From the NCBI GenBank assembly GCA_051531975.1, contig JAOPTT010000003.1, positions 128,001-192,000 of the forward strand: a stretch of DNA of 64,000 bases, written 5' to 3'. Shown in pieces: positions 29,688 through 39,857 of the stretch. Numbering within the stretch: position 1 is the stretch's first letter; every line of letters starts with the position of its first letter. This DNA is from Spirochaetaceae bacterium. GTDB lineage: Bacteria > Spirochaetota > Spirochaetia > DSM-2461. The notes beneath the pieces are model-generated. The model was not told where the DNA came from and did not search any database. It saw only the letters and a list, made by a program, of their open reading frames with translations. The translations under genes and the position numbers were made by a program.

Positions 29688-30372
29688 CATTTTAATAACC
29701 GGTGCAGACAGAGGTTTAGGTGCTTCTATGTGTAAACAACTTCTAGAAATGGGTCACACTGTCTTTGCAGGGCAATTTATGCCTGAGTGGAAAGATCTAG
29801 AAAACCTTAAATCACTTTATTCAAATAATATTTTTTTAATACAATTAGATGTAGGTTCTTTAGAGTCAGTAGAAAAAGCAAAAGAGATGGTAAATAAGAT
29901 TACACCAACATTAGATGTTTTAATAAATAATGCAGCATTTTTCTCTGATAAACATAACTATAAAGACATGCAACTTATGTACAATGTTAACAGTCTAGGT
30001 CCTATTAGAGTAACTGAAACTTTCCTACCTCTATTAGAAAAAGGAAACCTAAAAAGATTATGTTACCTGTCATCGGAAGCTAGTAGTATAACTGAGTCTA
30101 AAAGAGATTCTTGGTTTGGTTACTCAATGTCAAAAACATCTCTAAATATGGCAACTAAAATACTATTTAATGGTTTAAGACCTAAAGGCTATACATTTAG
30201 ACTACACCACCCAGGGTATCTAAAAACCTATATGAATGGGTTTCTAAATACCGATGGTAAGTTCACAGCAGATGAAGCAGCACAAATGGCTTTAGATATA
30301 TTCCTAACAAAGAAAGAAAATGAAGATGAGTTAAGACTTATAGACTACGATAAAAATACCTGGGAGTGGTAG
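29677..30372 (+). CDS. Short-chain dehydrogenase/reductase
   Basis: TGADRGLG, NNA, YSMSK and HPG motifs; overlaps the ThuA-like gene. Confidence 0.88.
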   Translation: MPYNILITGADRGLGASMCKQLLEMGHTVFAGQFMPEWKDLENLKSLYSNNIFLIQLDVGSLESVEKAKEMVNKITPTLDVLINNAAFFSDKHNYKDMQLMYNVNSLGPIRVTETFLPLLEKGNLKRLCYLSSEASSITESKRDSWFGYSMSKTSLNMATKILFNGLRPKGYTFRLHHPGYLKTYMNGFLNTDGKFTADEAAQMALDIFLTKKENEDELRLIDYDKNTWEW

Positions 30373-30440
30373 TTTAACGGACCTTTTTAACCGGTATATA
30401 AATCTGAATAATGTCTTTACCCTTAACATCTGTAATATAT

Positions 30441-31133
30441 TCAATATGATCGTGATAGTGAAGCTGTTAGCCCTATCGACCAGATTAAGATTGCACTAAT
30501 ATTTATTAAACGCAAATAAACTCCAACGGATTCAAGAAATGGAAAAAATATAGCAAGCCATATTATACCCGATAATCCACCTACGATTCCAATACCATTT
30601 ATCCATTTAGATCCAATAGAAAATCGAAATGCATTTATAGCGAATAACAAAGTCCCTAGGCCAAAAACCAGAAAGCTGCCTATAAACCAGTTTACTTCAA
30701 CCGCTTCACCCATTATTAATACAGCTGTGCGCATCTGTTGTAGAATCTCAGTATTTACTTCTATTCCTAAAGGAGCAATAAGATATACAATTGTTAATGG
30801 CTTTGCAAATCCGATAACAGCAAGTACAACTCCAATTATAGATACTACTAATATTAGTAATGCAATAGAAGTTTTCTTCTTCAATGATGAATAAAACACT
30901 AAAATATAAGGTACTGTAAATAATGTTCCAAAAACTCCTCCCCATCCGTACATCAGAAATGCTGTTCTGGAATCCTCGATTGCCTTAAAAAATAATCTGG
31001 GATTTTCAATACTTCGTAAGCCCGGATTACCTGTGCTACCAAGAATAAATAGTATCCAACAAACCGCTGACAATATTGCCGAATACAGACCAATTTTGTA
31101 TAAATTTTTGTTTGATGTTCTTTCAATCTGCAT
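30441..31133 (-). CDS. Uncharacterised integral membrane protein (about 6 TM)
   Basis: Multiple hydrophobic segments; AAGGA RBS. Confidence 0.65.
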   Translation of the reverse strand: MQIERTSNKNLYKIGLYSAILSAVCWILFILGSTGNPGLRSIENPRLFFKAIEDSRTAFLMYGWGGVFGTLFTVPYILVFYSSLKKKTSIALLILVVSIIGVVLAVIGFAKPLTIVYLIAPLGIEVNTEILQQMRTAVLIMGEAVEVNWFIGSFLVFGLGTLLFAINAFRFSIGSKWINGIGIVGGLSGIIWLAIFFPFLESVGVYLRLINISAILIWSIGLTASLSRSY

Positions 31134-31242
31134 AATTAATTCCTTATTTTGAGTACTGATTTAAACAATCATAGGGTAATAATAATTCGTAAAAAAGCTT
31201 AAAACAAGTAATTTATGAGAATGCTATATTTAAGGAAGTTAT

Positions 31243-31299
31243 ATGGCTGTTAATTTTAGAAACATTGATAAAACAAATTATGAAGATTGTTTAATATGA
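31243..31299 (+). pseudogene. Truncated N-terminal fragment, probably of a GNAT acetyltransferase (MAVNFRNIDKTNYEDCLI*)
   Basis: AAGGAAG RBS then an 18-codon ORF resembling GNAT N-termini; no continuation before the next promoter. Confidence 0.4.
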
Positions 31300-31365
31300 G
31301 GTTACAACCATATTTTTACACAAATAACATTTGATAAGTTCCTTATGAAGTTCTACTATTAGTTT

Positions 31366-32649
31366 ATGAGTATCAGATCCAGAATTATATTATACATATC
31401 TATATTATTTTTTGTTGCAATTGGTAATGTGCTATTCACATTCAACTTGGAAAATAAAAGTGAAGAAAAATTATACTGGGTTGTTCATACCCATGAAGTT
31501 ATTCATTTGACCGACTTATTCTTAAGTGCATTACAAGATGCCGAAACCGGCCAAAGAGGTTATCTATTAACTAACAACTCTACTTACTTAGAACCTTATT
31601 ATGTTGGATTAAAAGATTCTAAAGATATTCTATCTGAACTTAAGGTTATTGTTAGTGATAATATTAAACAAATTAAGGTCTTAGAAAAAATAGAAAATGA
31701 TATGTCATTAAAATTTGAAGAGCTAAATTTTACAATTAAACTAGTAGATACTGATAAACTTGAACAATCACTTCAAATTGTAAGAGATAATAAGGGTAAA
31801 GAGTATATGGATAGAATAAGGGCTAATATAAAGGACTTTATCTATACAGAGAAACTTTTATTAGAACAAAGAAAGATAGAATATGAGAAAAATAAAATAC
31901 AATTAAATACCCTATTTATTACAGAACTAGTCATATTTATTTTTTTAGGAATCCTAACAATAACATTTATAAACAGAACACTTTTTAATCCTTTAAAATT
32001 ACTTTTAAATAGTACAATTGAAATGGAGAAAGGTAATAAAATTGATGTTTCAAATATAACAAATAAAGATGAAATGGGGTACTTATTATCTAGCTTTTAT
32101 AAAATGAATCACAAGATAACTTCACAGGTTGATTTACTAGATTATAAAGCTCATCATGACGAATTAACTGGTTTACTAAATAGAACTACCTTGAAAAATG
32201 TATTATCTGAATCAATCAGATCGTCTAAATCCAAAACAGCTATAATTTTTATTGATTTAAATAATTTTAAAAAGTTGAATGATACATACGGCCATGATAT
32301 TGGTGATGAAGTTCTAAAAATGACATCAAAACGTTTAAGTAATTCAATCCGTTTAAATGATAGTGCATTTAGACTTGGTGGTGATGAATTTGTATTAATT
32401 ATTACTAACATCCCTGATATAAAATCTTTAGATAATTTAATCTTAACTATAAATAATGCTTTTAATAAAGATATGGAAATTTTAGGTAACAATATTCATA
32501 CATCTTTGAGTATAGGAGTTGCGATCTCTCCTGATTATGGTATGAACCCTTCAGAACTTCTAAAATATGCTGATATTGCGATGTATGAATCAAAGAGCTC
32601 AAAAGAAAGAAAATATTCAATTTACGATCCTAAAAATTGTATTGTATAA
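31366..32649 (+). CDS. Membrane diguanylate cyclase (CHASE3-HAMP-GGDEF)
   Basis: DAETGQRGYLLT (CHASE3), KDEMG (HAMP), DELTGLLNR, RLND I-site and intact GGDEF. Confidence 0.93.
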   Translation: MSIRSRIILYISILFFVAIGNVLFTFNLENKSEEKLYWVVHTHEVIHLTDLFLSALQDAETGQRGYLLTNNSTYLEPYYVGLKDSKDILSELKVIVSDNIKQIKVLEKIENDMSLKFEELNFTIKLVDTDKLEQSLQIVRDNKGKEYMDRIRANIKDFIYTEKLLLEQRKIEYEKNKIQLNTLFITELVIFIFLGILTITFINRTLFNPLKLLLNSTIEMEKGNKIDVSNITNKDEMGYLLSSFYKMNHKITSQVDLLDYKAHHDELTGLLNRTTLKNVLSESIRSSKSKTAIIFIDLNNFKKLNDTYGHDIGDEVLKMTSKRLSNSIRLNDSAFRLGGDEFVLIITNIPDIKSLDNLILTINNAFNKDMEILGNNIHTSLSIGVAISPDYGMNPSELLKYADIAMYESKSSKERKYSIYDPKNCIV

Positions 32650-32650
32650 A

Positions 32651-33550
32651 ATGATAGTAAAGATTGCTTATTTTTCAGGTACTGGTTGTACACAATTTGT
32701 TGCTGAATCATTTAAGAATGAAGTTGAAGCTAGAAATAACTCCGTTTTAATGATTAAAATTGGCAAGGATATTTCTAATAATAAGGAATATGATTTGTTA
32801 ATTCTTTGTTATGTAGTTCATGCATTTAATGCCCCAAAGCCAGTGCTTGATTGGGTTAATAAAAATAAAGCATTAGATAATGTTCCAACAGCTATTATTT
32901 CTGTTTCTGGTGGTGGAGAAGTCAGCCCTAATTTAGCTTGTCGTTTATTATTAAAGAAGAAGTTAACTAAGAGCAACTACTCTGTATTTTATGAAAAGAT
33001 GATTGTAATGCCATCAAATTGGATAGTATCTACAAAACCAAAACTTGTTAATAAATTATTTGATATATTACCATATAAAATATCATATTATGTAAATGAT
33101 ATTTTGAATAAAAAAATAAGTTTATATAGTCCTGGAATTGGAAATCGTTTTATTTCAATGGTTGGTAAGTTAGAGCATTATGGTGCAGTTCAATTTGGAA
33201 AAAAAATTAAAGTAAATGAGTTTTGTAATGGTTGTGGACTTTGTGAAAAAAAATGTCCAGTTGGAAATATAGTATTACAAAATAACAAACCTCTATTCAA
33301 AGATAATTGTTCTCTTTGTTTACAGTGTATATATTGTTGCCCTGGGAAAGCATTAGTTCCTGGTATTGCTAAATTTGTTATTATTAAAGAAGGATTTAAT
33401 TTTCCTGGGTTACTTAATAATAGAAAGAAAAATGTACTGCTTGATATTAAGAAAGAGACAAAAGGATATTTATGGCTTGGTGTCCGAAGATATTTATTAG
33501 ATAACAAAGAGATGCATGAGCCAAGTTATAAAGAGCCATCTGACATATAG
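32651..33550 (+). CDS. EFR1-type flavodoxin-ferredoxin fusion
   Basis: YFSGTGCT flavodoxin loop; CNGCGLCEKKCP and CSLCLQCIYCCP 4Fe-4S motifs; start reassigned to 32651. Confidence 0.85.
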   Translation: MIVKIAYFSGTGCTQFVAESFKNEVEARNNSVLMIKIGKDISNNKEYDLLILCYVVHAFNAPKPVLDWVNKNKALDNVPTAIISVSGGGEVSPNLACRLLLKKKLTKSNYSVFYEKMIVMPSNWIVSTKPKLVNKLFDILPYKISYYVNDILNKKISLYSPGIGNRFISMVGKLEHYGAVQFGKKIKVNEFCNGCGLCEKKCPVGNIVLQNNKPLFKDNCSLCLQCIYCCPGKALVPGIAKFVIIKEGFNFPGLLNNRKKNVLLDIKKETKGYLWLGVRRYLLDNKEMHEPSYKEPSDI

Positions 33551-33590
33551 TTAATTTTATTTAGGGTATAACTCTACTGGAGCACTATGT

Positions 33591-34928
33591 TTAATCTGTT
33601 AACTTTGCAATCCATACACCTTTTCGCATTTTGTAATAAGATATTGAAAGTCTAACAATCTCTTCAAAAGAGACAGCCAAGAAGACAATATGTAGTGGTA
33701 GTTTTAATAACAATGCAGCTATAATTCCTGCAGGGATTCCAATCGCAGTTAGTGTTAGTAGCTGTATTTTAATTAAATATCCAGTCTCTCCACCTGTTCT
33801 TAAGACACCTTCGTAAATAACCATATTCATAATTTGAATTGGTAATATAATCATGGCTACAAAAATAAGAGTATAAGCTTGGGTTTGTATATTAGTTTCA
33901 AGTTGAAAAAGTTCTAAATAATATGGAAGAGCCATTAGTAAAAGTAGAGAAAAGCTTATAGTTAAAATTAATGTATACTTCATTATCTTTCTTGCTAAAT
34001 GTTTTGCTTTATCAAAATCACCTCTGCCTAAGGATTGTCCAATAAGTGTCGAAGCTGCTGTACTTAAACCAGCAAATATTCCAAAAGCTACATTCTGTAA
34101 AGGGACAAGTACTGTCATTGCAGCCATCTGGCTTGTTCCCATTCTTCCATATAAAACAGCATAAAATGTTATACTACCAATAAACACTATTTCTGAAACA
34201 ATAAGTGGGTATGCAACTTTACGGAATTTTGAATGAATCTCATTTTTACCATCATTATCATCTTTCATTTTAACTTTTTTGTTAATTATCCCCAACTTAA
34301 AAAAGCAGATAATAATAATTGCAGCCTCAATAACTCTTGCGGCAACAGTTGCCATCGCGGCACCTTCTATACCAAAACCCTGAATATTACCTACACCATA
34401 AATTAAAATATAATTTAGGACTGTATTTGATATAACAGCAGTTACTCCTGCAATAACTGGAACCCGGATCATACCACAGGACTTAAGTGCAGCACTAAAA
34501 ACCATTACTAACATCAATGGAAAAAATGACATCGATAATATTTTTAAATAACCTATACCATACTCTATAACCTCTACATCTTTAGAAAAAAGCTTCATCA
34601 CAGAACCAGGGGCAATAATGGAAAATAATAAAACTGGAATAAGTATAATAAAACCATAAATTACACTTAATTTAATAACTGGCTTTATTTTATCATACTG
34701 TTTATCACCCCAAAACTGGGCAACAAAAATTGTTAAAGCACCGGATATTGCCATAAAGGTAAAAAATAGAATTGTAAGTGGTCTTAGTGCTAGTCCAGCA
34801 GCAGCCATTGCTGATCCACCAAGTCGAGATACCATTACTTGATCAATTATAGATAATGAGCTCTGAATTAAACTCTGGAAAGCTATGGGAATTGCTAATG
34901 AAAATACTAATTTAAATGTTTTGCTCAT
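33591..34928 (-). CDS. MATE-family transporter
   Basis: IDQVMVSRLG, NYILIYG...GIEGAAMAT and LRTGGET motifs. Confidence 0.9.
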   Translation of the reverse strand: MSKTFKLVFSLAIPIAFQSLIQSSLSIIDQVMVSRLGGSAMAAAGLALRPLTILFFTFMAISGALTIFVAQFWGDKQYDKIKPVIKLSVIYGFIILIPVLLFSIIAPGSVMKLFSKDVEVIEYGIGYLKILSMSFFPLMLVMVFSAALKSCGMIRVPVIAGVTAVISNTVLNYILIYGVGNIQGFGIEGAAMATVAARVIEAAIIIICFFKLGIINKKVKMKDDNDGKNEIHSKFRKVAYPLIVSEIVFIGSITFYAVLYGRMGTSQMAAMTVLVPLQNVAFGIFAGLSTAASTLIGQSLGRGDFDKAKHLARKIMKYTLILTISFSLLLLMALPYYLELFQLETNIQTQAYTLIFVAMIILPIQIMNMVIYEGVLRTGGETGYLIKIQLLTLTAIGIPAGIIAALLLKLPLHIVFLAVSFEEIVRLSISYYKMRKGVWIAKLTD

Positions 34929-35030
34929 AAGATCTCCTAAAAATAATAGACTTTAACAATGTCCTATATATTTTTATGTTAATACCTTATTATTATTAAA
35001 AAGTTGTATAATATTAACCTGGAGGATAAA

Positions 35031-35972
35031 ATGTTTCCATATTATGAGAATGCCATATACGATAATACTAACCTGCCTTTAGTAGTATATAAGTTGTTTT
35101 CAGAGAGCCCAGATAATTCAATAAGTCAAAGTATAGATATAAGTAACAACAGTGAGCCACACCGATACAATAAATATGAATGTAGACAGGTTCATCATTG
35201 GCATAATAGCTTAGAGATACTATATTTCTTTAGAGATGGTGCTGGGATTATTATTAATGGAGAAGAATATTATGCCAAAGCAGGGGATATAATACTTGTA
35301 GATTCTTTTGATATTCATAAAAACCCAAATGAGACCATAGATGGCCATTATGTTTTTTTAATCGACCCAGCACTACTACCAATTAATACTGCAACCCAGA
35401 TACAATTCCCAAAGGCTTATGAAAAAAAGTGGCTTAAAAAAGATAATAACTACGAACCATTTAGAGAGATAATCGCTAGTAAAATGGACCTAATCATAGA
35501 TATATTTGAAAAGCATAATATTGAAAACAAAATAAATTATTATCAACTATATTCAGAGATATTTATGCTTCTTGCAAAACTTGAAGAATATTTAAAAGAC
35601 GTAGATTATGACTATGTAATAAAAATAGATAGTTCCGCACATCAGAGAGAAATTCTTAAACAAATATATAGCTATGTGACATATAATTATCAAAATGATA
35701 TATCCCTCAAAGAGATATCTGAACTTGTTGGTTTTACACAAAACTATTTCTGTAAATTCATAAAATTATCAACTAATCAGACTTTTTTAGAGTTTTTAAA
35801 TAGCTACAGGTGTCAAATTGCCTGTAATACAATGCAAACTACCAATGAATCAATTACAACAATAGCTCTAGATTGTGGTTTTTCATCAATCAGCTACTTT
35901 AGTAAGGTTTTTAGTAAAATATATAAAATAAGTCCGAGGAATTATAGGAATAAGATATTTGATACTAAATAA
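35031..35972 (+). CDS. AraC-family regulator with cupin domain
   Basis: HHWHNSLEILY; C-terminal CGFSSISYFSKVF...SPRNYR; ATG 35031 after GGAGG. Confidence 0.9.
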   Translation: MFPYYENAIYDNTNLPLVVYKLFSESPDNSISQSIDISNNSEPHRYNKYECRQVHHWHNSLEILYFFRDGAGIIINGEEYYAKAGDIILVDSFDIHKNPNETIDGHYVFLIDPALLPINTATQIQFPKAYEKKWLKKDNNYEPFREIIASKMDLIIDIFEKHNIENKINYYQLYSEIFMLLAKLEEYLKDVDYDYVIKIDSSAHQREILKQIYSYVTYNYQNDISLKEISELVGFTQNYFCKFIKLSTNQTFLEFLNSYRCQIACNTMQTTNESITTIALDCGFSSISYFSKVFSKIYKISPRNYRNKIFDTK

Positions 35973-36065
35973 ATTTGCTCTTAATTTATATTTAAAAAGT
36001 TTTAGTATAAGATTATATATATTCGAGGGTGTTCGTAATAATTAAAAATAAAATATGGAGAAGTT

Positions 36066-36833
36066 ATGGTTGGAATTGAAATTATAACATTAGATTCTAC
36101 TAATGTAGAAAAACATGGATGTTACTGCCTAAAAAACAAAAAATTACCTGGATATAAAAATAAACTTGTTTGGTTAAAAGAGAGGTTTGACGAGGGACTA
36201 AAAGTTAAGATCTTATATTCTAAAGATGAAGGGCATATTGGATTTATTGAATATATATCAGGAGATTTTTCCTGGAGAGGATTTTCAGATCCAAACTACC
36301 TTTTTATTCATTGCATTTATATCGCAAAAAAAAATCATAGAAATAAGGATTATGGGAAACTCTTATTAGATGAATGCTTAAGGGATGCAGAAATAGGAGA
36401 TAAAATAGGAATAGCTGTTATTTCAAGTAATACTGCTATGCTTGCCGAAAGTAATGTTTTTTTAAAGAATGGTTTTACTGTTATTGATAAACATCCACCT
36501 AAATATGAGCTATTGGTTAAACAATTAACCAACGGGAAACTACCAAAGTTTGAGAACAATAAGTCTTTAAAGATATATGAAAAAGGCCTGCATTTAATAT
36601 ATGCAGATCAATGTCCATATTTAGAAAAATCTGTTGATACCATAGACAAAATAGCAAAAGAAAAGAAAATTAATTTAAATATTATAAAAATTAAGTCATG
36701 GAAAGATGCTCAAAATGCGCCATCTCTTTATGGAGTATTTAATTTGATCTTAGATGGAGAATTAATTGCTGAACATTATATTAGTGAAAAACGATTTTTG
36801 AATATTATGGATAAAAATTCTAATACCATGTAA
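36066..36833 (+). CDS. GNAT acetyltransferase with C-terminal YoaP-like domain
   Basis: GFIEYI, FIHCI...HRNKDYGKLLL, QCPY and AQNAPS motifs. Confidence 0.8.
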   Translation: MVGIEIITLDSTNVEKHGCYCLKNKKLPGYKNKLVWLKERFDEGLKVKILYSKDEGHIGFIEYISGDFSWRGFSDPNYLFIHCIYIAKKNHRNKDYGKLLLDECLRDAEIGDKIGIAVISSNTAMLAESNVFLKNGFTVIDKHPPKYELLVKQLTNGKLPKFENNKSLKIYEKGLHLIYADQCPYLEKSVDTIDKIAKEKKINLNIIKIKSWKDAQNAPSLYGVFNLILDGELIAEHYISEKRFLNIMDKNSNTM

Positions 36834-36844
36834 AGGAGGAACAG

Positions 36845-37267
36845 ATGAAACAAGATATTATTCATATTGCTTTAGTTATCAAGGATTATGATGAGGCAAT
36901 AGAATTTTATACAAAAAAACTTCGCTTCACTCTACTAGAGGATACATATCAGCCAGAACAAGATAAACGTTGGGTGGTTATTTCACCTCCAAACTCCAAA
37001 GGAACTACTATTTTACTTGCTAGAGCATCAAAACCTGAACAACTAGATTTTATTGGTTCTCAATCAGGGGGCAGAGTATTTCTTTTTCTTAATACAGATG
37101 ATTTTTGGCGAGACTATAATGAAATGATTTCGAAGGGTATTGAATTTGTCAGACAACCAAAAGAAGCTGAATATGGAACAGTTGCTGTTTTTAAGGACTT
37201 ATATGGCAATCTCTGGGATTTATTAGAAATGAATAAAAATCATCCTATAAGCAAAAGACTTAATTAA
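36845..37267 (+). CDS. VOC/glyoxalase-family protein
   Basis: HIALVIKDYDEAIEFY...GGRVFLFL...YGTVAVFKDLYGNLWDL. Confidence 0.9.
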   Translation: MKQDIIHIALVIKDYDEAIEFYTKKLRFTLLEDTYQPEQDKRWVVISPPNSKGTTILLARASKPEQLDFIGSQSGGRVFLFLNTDDFWRDYNEMISKGIEFVRQPKEAEYGTVAVFKDLYGNLWDLLEMNKNHPISKRLN

Positions 37268-37293
37268 AGTAAATATCAAGAGCCCTATAAGTT

Positions 37294-37319
37294 TGGGGAT
37301 TTACAGTTTTAATTCCCCA
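37294..37319. terminator. Possible hairpin between convergent genes
   Basis: TGGGGATTT...TAATTCCCCA imperfect inverted repeat. Confidence 0.4.
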
Positions 37320-37357
37320 TAAAGTACAATGACTAACACAATATGAGGATTAAAATA

Positions 37358-38215
37358 TTAACTTAAACTAGACTTAAGCCCAGTAATAAAGCTTTGTGGC
37401 TTTCGGCCAAGAAGTTTTTCCAAATCGGAACTATTTCCTTCTAAAGAACCAGCATTTATAGATTTTTCAAGAGCTAAAACAAATCCAATAGTACCCTCTT
37501 GTAGACCAGCACTAGTTAAAGATTTTGCTCTTGTTTCTGAACTAACGGAATTAAAAATGATTTTTTTTCCATAGATCTCTGTAGCAAATTCTGCAAATTG
37601 GGAAAAATCCCATGCATCACCAGCAAGTTCATATACTTTCCCAGTATGCCCATCTTCAGTTAATGCTTTAGCAGCAGCTTCAGCATAATCAATTCTTGAA
37701 ACAGAAGATACTTTACCATTTTTTACAGACGATTCTATAAAGCCATCTTTACCTGCTAGTTCCACATCTTTAATATAGTTTTCAGTATACCAGTTATTTC
37801 GTAATATTATTGAAGGTAAACCTGACTCTCTAATCAATTTTTCTGTCTCTTTATGCTCAGGGGCAACAGGATTAGTTGTTGTATCTGCTTTAAAAACACT
37901 TGTATAAGTTAATAATTTAACACCAGCATCGACGGCAGCAATTACAACATTTTTATGCTGTGGAATTCTCTTCCCAACTTCATTACCAGAAATTAAAAGA
38001 AGTTTATCAATCCCCATAAATGCTACTTTTAATGTATTTGGATTATTGTAGTCAGCTATTCTAACTTCAACACCTAACTGCTCTAAATGAAAAGCCTTTG
38101 ATTTATCTCTAACCATTGCAACTATTGAAGAAGCTGGAATATCGAACTCTAATAGTTTTTGAATTACTAAAGTCCCAAGTTGTCCTGTTGAGCCTGTTAT
38201 ACCATATTTTGACAT
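37358..38215 (-). CDS. NmrA-like NAD(P)H:quinone oxidoreductase (YtfG/QorB-like)
   Basis: ITGSTGQLG, LLLISG, YTS, LRNNWYTEN, RIDYAEAAA and YELAG motifs. Confidence 0.88.
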   Translation of the reverse strand: MSKYGITGSTGQLGTLVIQKLLEFDIPASSIVAMVRDKSKAFHLEQLGVEVRIADYNNPNTLKVAFMGIDKLLLISGNEVGKRIPQHKNVVIAAVDAGVKLLTYTSVFKADTTTNPVAPEHKETEKLIRESGLPSIILRNNWYTENYIKDVELAGKDGFIESSVKNGKVSSVSRIDYAEAAAKALTEDGHTGKVYELAGDAWDFSQFAEFATEIYGKKIIFNSVSSETRAKSLTSAGLQEGTIGFVLALEKSINAGSLEGNSSDLEKLLGRKPQSFITGLKSSLS

Positions 38216-38238
38216 TTTCTGATCTCCTATCTTTAATA

Positions 38239-38272
38239 CTAACTTTAAGTTAGCACATACTTTAAGTTAGTG
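38239..38272. promoter_or_regulatory. Tandem operator-like palindromes between the oxidoreductase and HxlR genes
   Basis: CTAACT-TTA-AGTTAG followed immediately by CACATACT-TTA-AGTTAGTG; ACTTTAAGTTAG occurs twice. Confidence 0.6.
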
Positions 38273-38325
38273 CAATCCTTTTGATAGTGACTAAATAAAA
38301 AAATTAAGATAAAATAATATTAATT

Positions 38326-38673
38326 ATGAATAAAGAAGTTTCAAAGCCATATAATGTATTTGCCTCACGTTGCCCATCAAGGAAGACATTTGAGAATATA
38401 TTTAGTAGATGGGGCATACTTGTTCTTGTAAAATTATCTGAAGGTCCGATTCGTTTTGGAGCTTTAAGAAGAGAAATTGATGGAATAAGTGAAAAAATGC
38501 TCTCTCAAACTCTGAAACATCTCGAGTTAGAAGGTTTAGTAAACCGTAAAGAGTGGGATGAGAAACCTCCCCGAGTTGAATACTCATTAACGAAACCCGG
38601 TATTAAGTTATCTAAAACAATGTTTCAAGCTTTACAAGATTTATATGAAGAACTTGGTCATAGAAAAAAATAA
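38326..38673 (+). CDS. HxlR/DUF24 winged-helix regulator
   Basis: N-terminal CP (redox Cys), RWG, RFGALRREIDGISEKMLSQTL and PPRVEYSLT; divergent from the oxidoreductase. Confidence 0.92.
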   Translation: MNKEVSKPYNVFASRCPSRKTFENIFSRWGILVLVKLSEGPIRFGALRREIDGISEKMLSQTLKHLELEGLVNRKEWDEKPPRVEYSLTKPGIKLSKTMFQALQDLYEELGHRKK

Positions 38674-38689
38674 AATATTGTGATCTAAT

Positions 38690-39043
38690 TTGCAAAGATT
38701 AGATACCATAATTAGCTGTTCAGAATTAAAAAGATATGTTCATGGAGAACTATCGACCCCAGATCAAAAAATAGAAGAAGTTAATTATTCTACATTAAAA
38801 AGTAGGATGTCAGTTTCTGCTGTAATCGAAGTAGAAGAGCAAAACTCTGAAGAAGCAACAAGAATATCAAATACATTGATGGCAATGCTAAACAGTAATA
38901 ATGCAGATAGTGTAAAAACCAGGTATGATTTCTTCTACTATCCTGAAGTTCAAAAAGCTAAGTATGTTGTTTATGGTTCACCTAAAACCATAGCTGAAAT
39001 TCTAAGGGTATTTGATCTAATTTCTGGGCAAAAGGAGAGTTAA
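38690..39043 (+). CDS. Hypothetical protein, possibly a 5'-truncated remnant
   Basis: 117-codon ORF with TTG start and no RBS; its 3' end carries the AAGGAG RBS of the next gene. Confidence 0.4.
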   Translation: MQRLDTIISCSELKRYVHGELSTPDQKIEEVNYSTLKSRMSVSAVIEVEEQNSEEATRISNTLMAMLNSNNADSVKTRYDFFYYPEVQKAKYVVYGSPKTIAEILRVFDLISGQKES

Positions 39044-39775
39044 ATGGTTAACAACGTATTCAAAACAGAAGAAGGTGAAGAGATAATAAAGAACTTTACT
39101 ACAGAATTATATAAATCTAATAACGAATATAATTTCAATAAGGTAGAAGTAGAAACTACAGCTGGAAAGGCAAATCTTCTACAAATCGGAGATATAAATA
39201 AGCCTATTATTTTTATGCTTCATGGCACCATGTCAAATAGCGCAACATGGTTATTAGATATATTCAACGAATTGAACATTCAGAAAGCCTCTTTAATAAC
39301 CATGAGTCTTGGTAGTTGGTATGGATTAAATTTTGCGACATTATACCCTGAAAAGATAAAATCAATGTCTATGTTAACAACTAGTGGAATATTTCCAGCT
39401 AAAGTTAGTTTTATTTTTAAAGCTATATTTTTTATGATGTTAGGTGCAAAAGGGCAAAAATTATTGAACAAAGCAATATTTTACAAAACTCCGACAGTGA
39501 AAGATGTTATGTTTGTAAAATATAATGAATATGTTTCTAAATATTTCAAACCGATGCTTGAACCTATTCCTATATTTACTGATGAGAGATTAAAAAAAAT
39601 TGACTTTCCAATACAATATTTTGGTGGAGACAAAGATGTATTATTAAACTCAATTGAAACAGGCAAGAGGATGATTAAACATGTTCCACAAGCTAAAGTT
39701 AATATATTAAAAGAGACTGGTCTTGTAATTATAGATAAGTTTGATGACATACAGAAATTCCTATTAGATATATAA
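39044..39775 (+). pseudogene. Degenerate alpha/beta hydrolase
   Basis: HGTMSNSATWL joins directly to LDIFNEL, so the usual intervening strand and D-x-x-G-x-G-x-S segment are missing. The nucleophile elbow reads TMSLG and the expected catalytic His reads ETGLV. Confidence 0.6.
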
Positions 39776-39857
39776 AATAAAATCAAAAAAGAAGTGTTTG
39801 ACTAATATTTAAAAATAAATTAAAAATTATCTAATTAATAATATAAATGGAGAGAAA

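Noticed and set aside
32567..32650. N-terminal extensions in the ORF track (also 7396, 8875, 9813, 10804, 16040, 21762, 35004, 46690, 58994)
   Set aside because: Downstream starts have better RBS or promoter context and match family N-termini.
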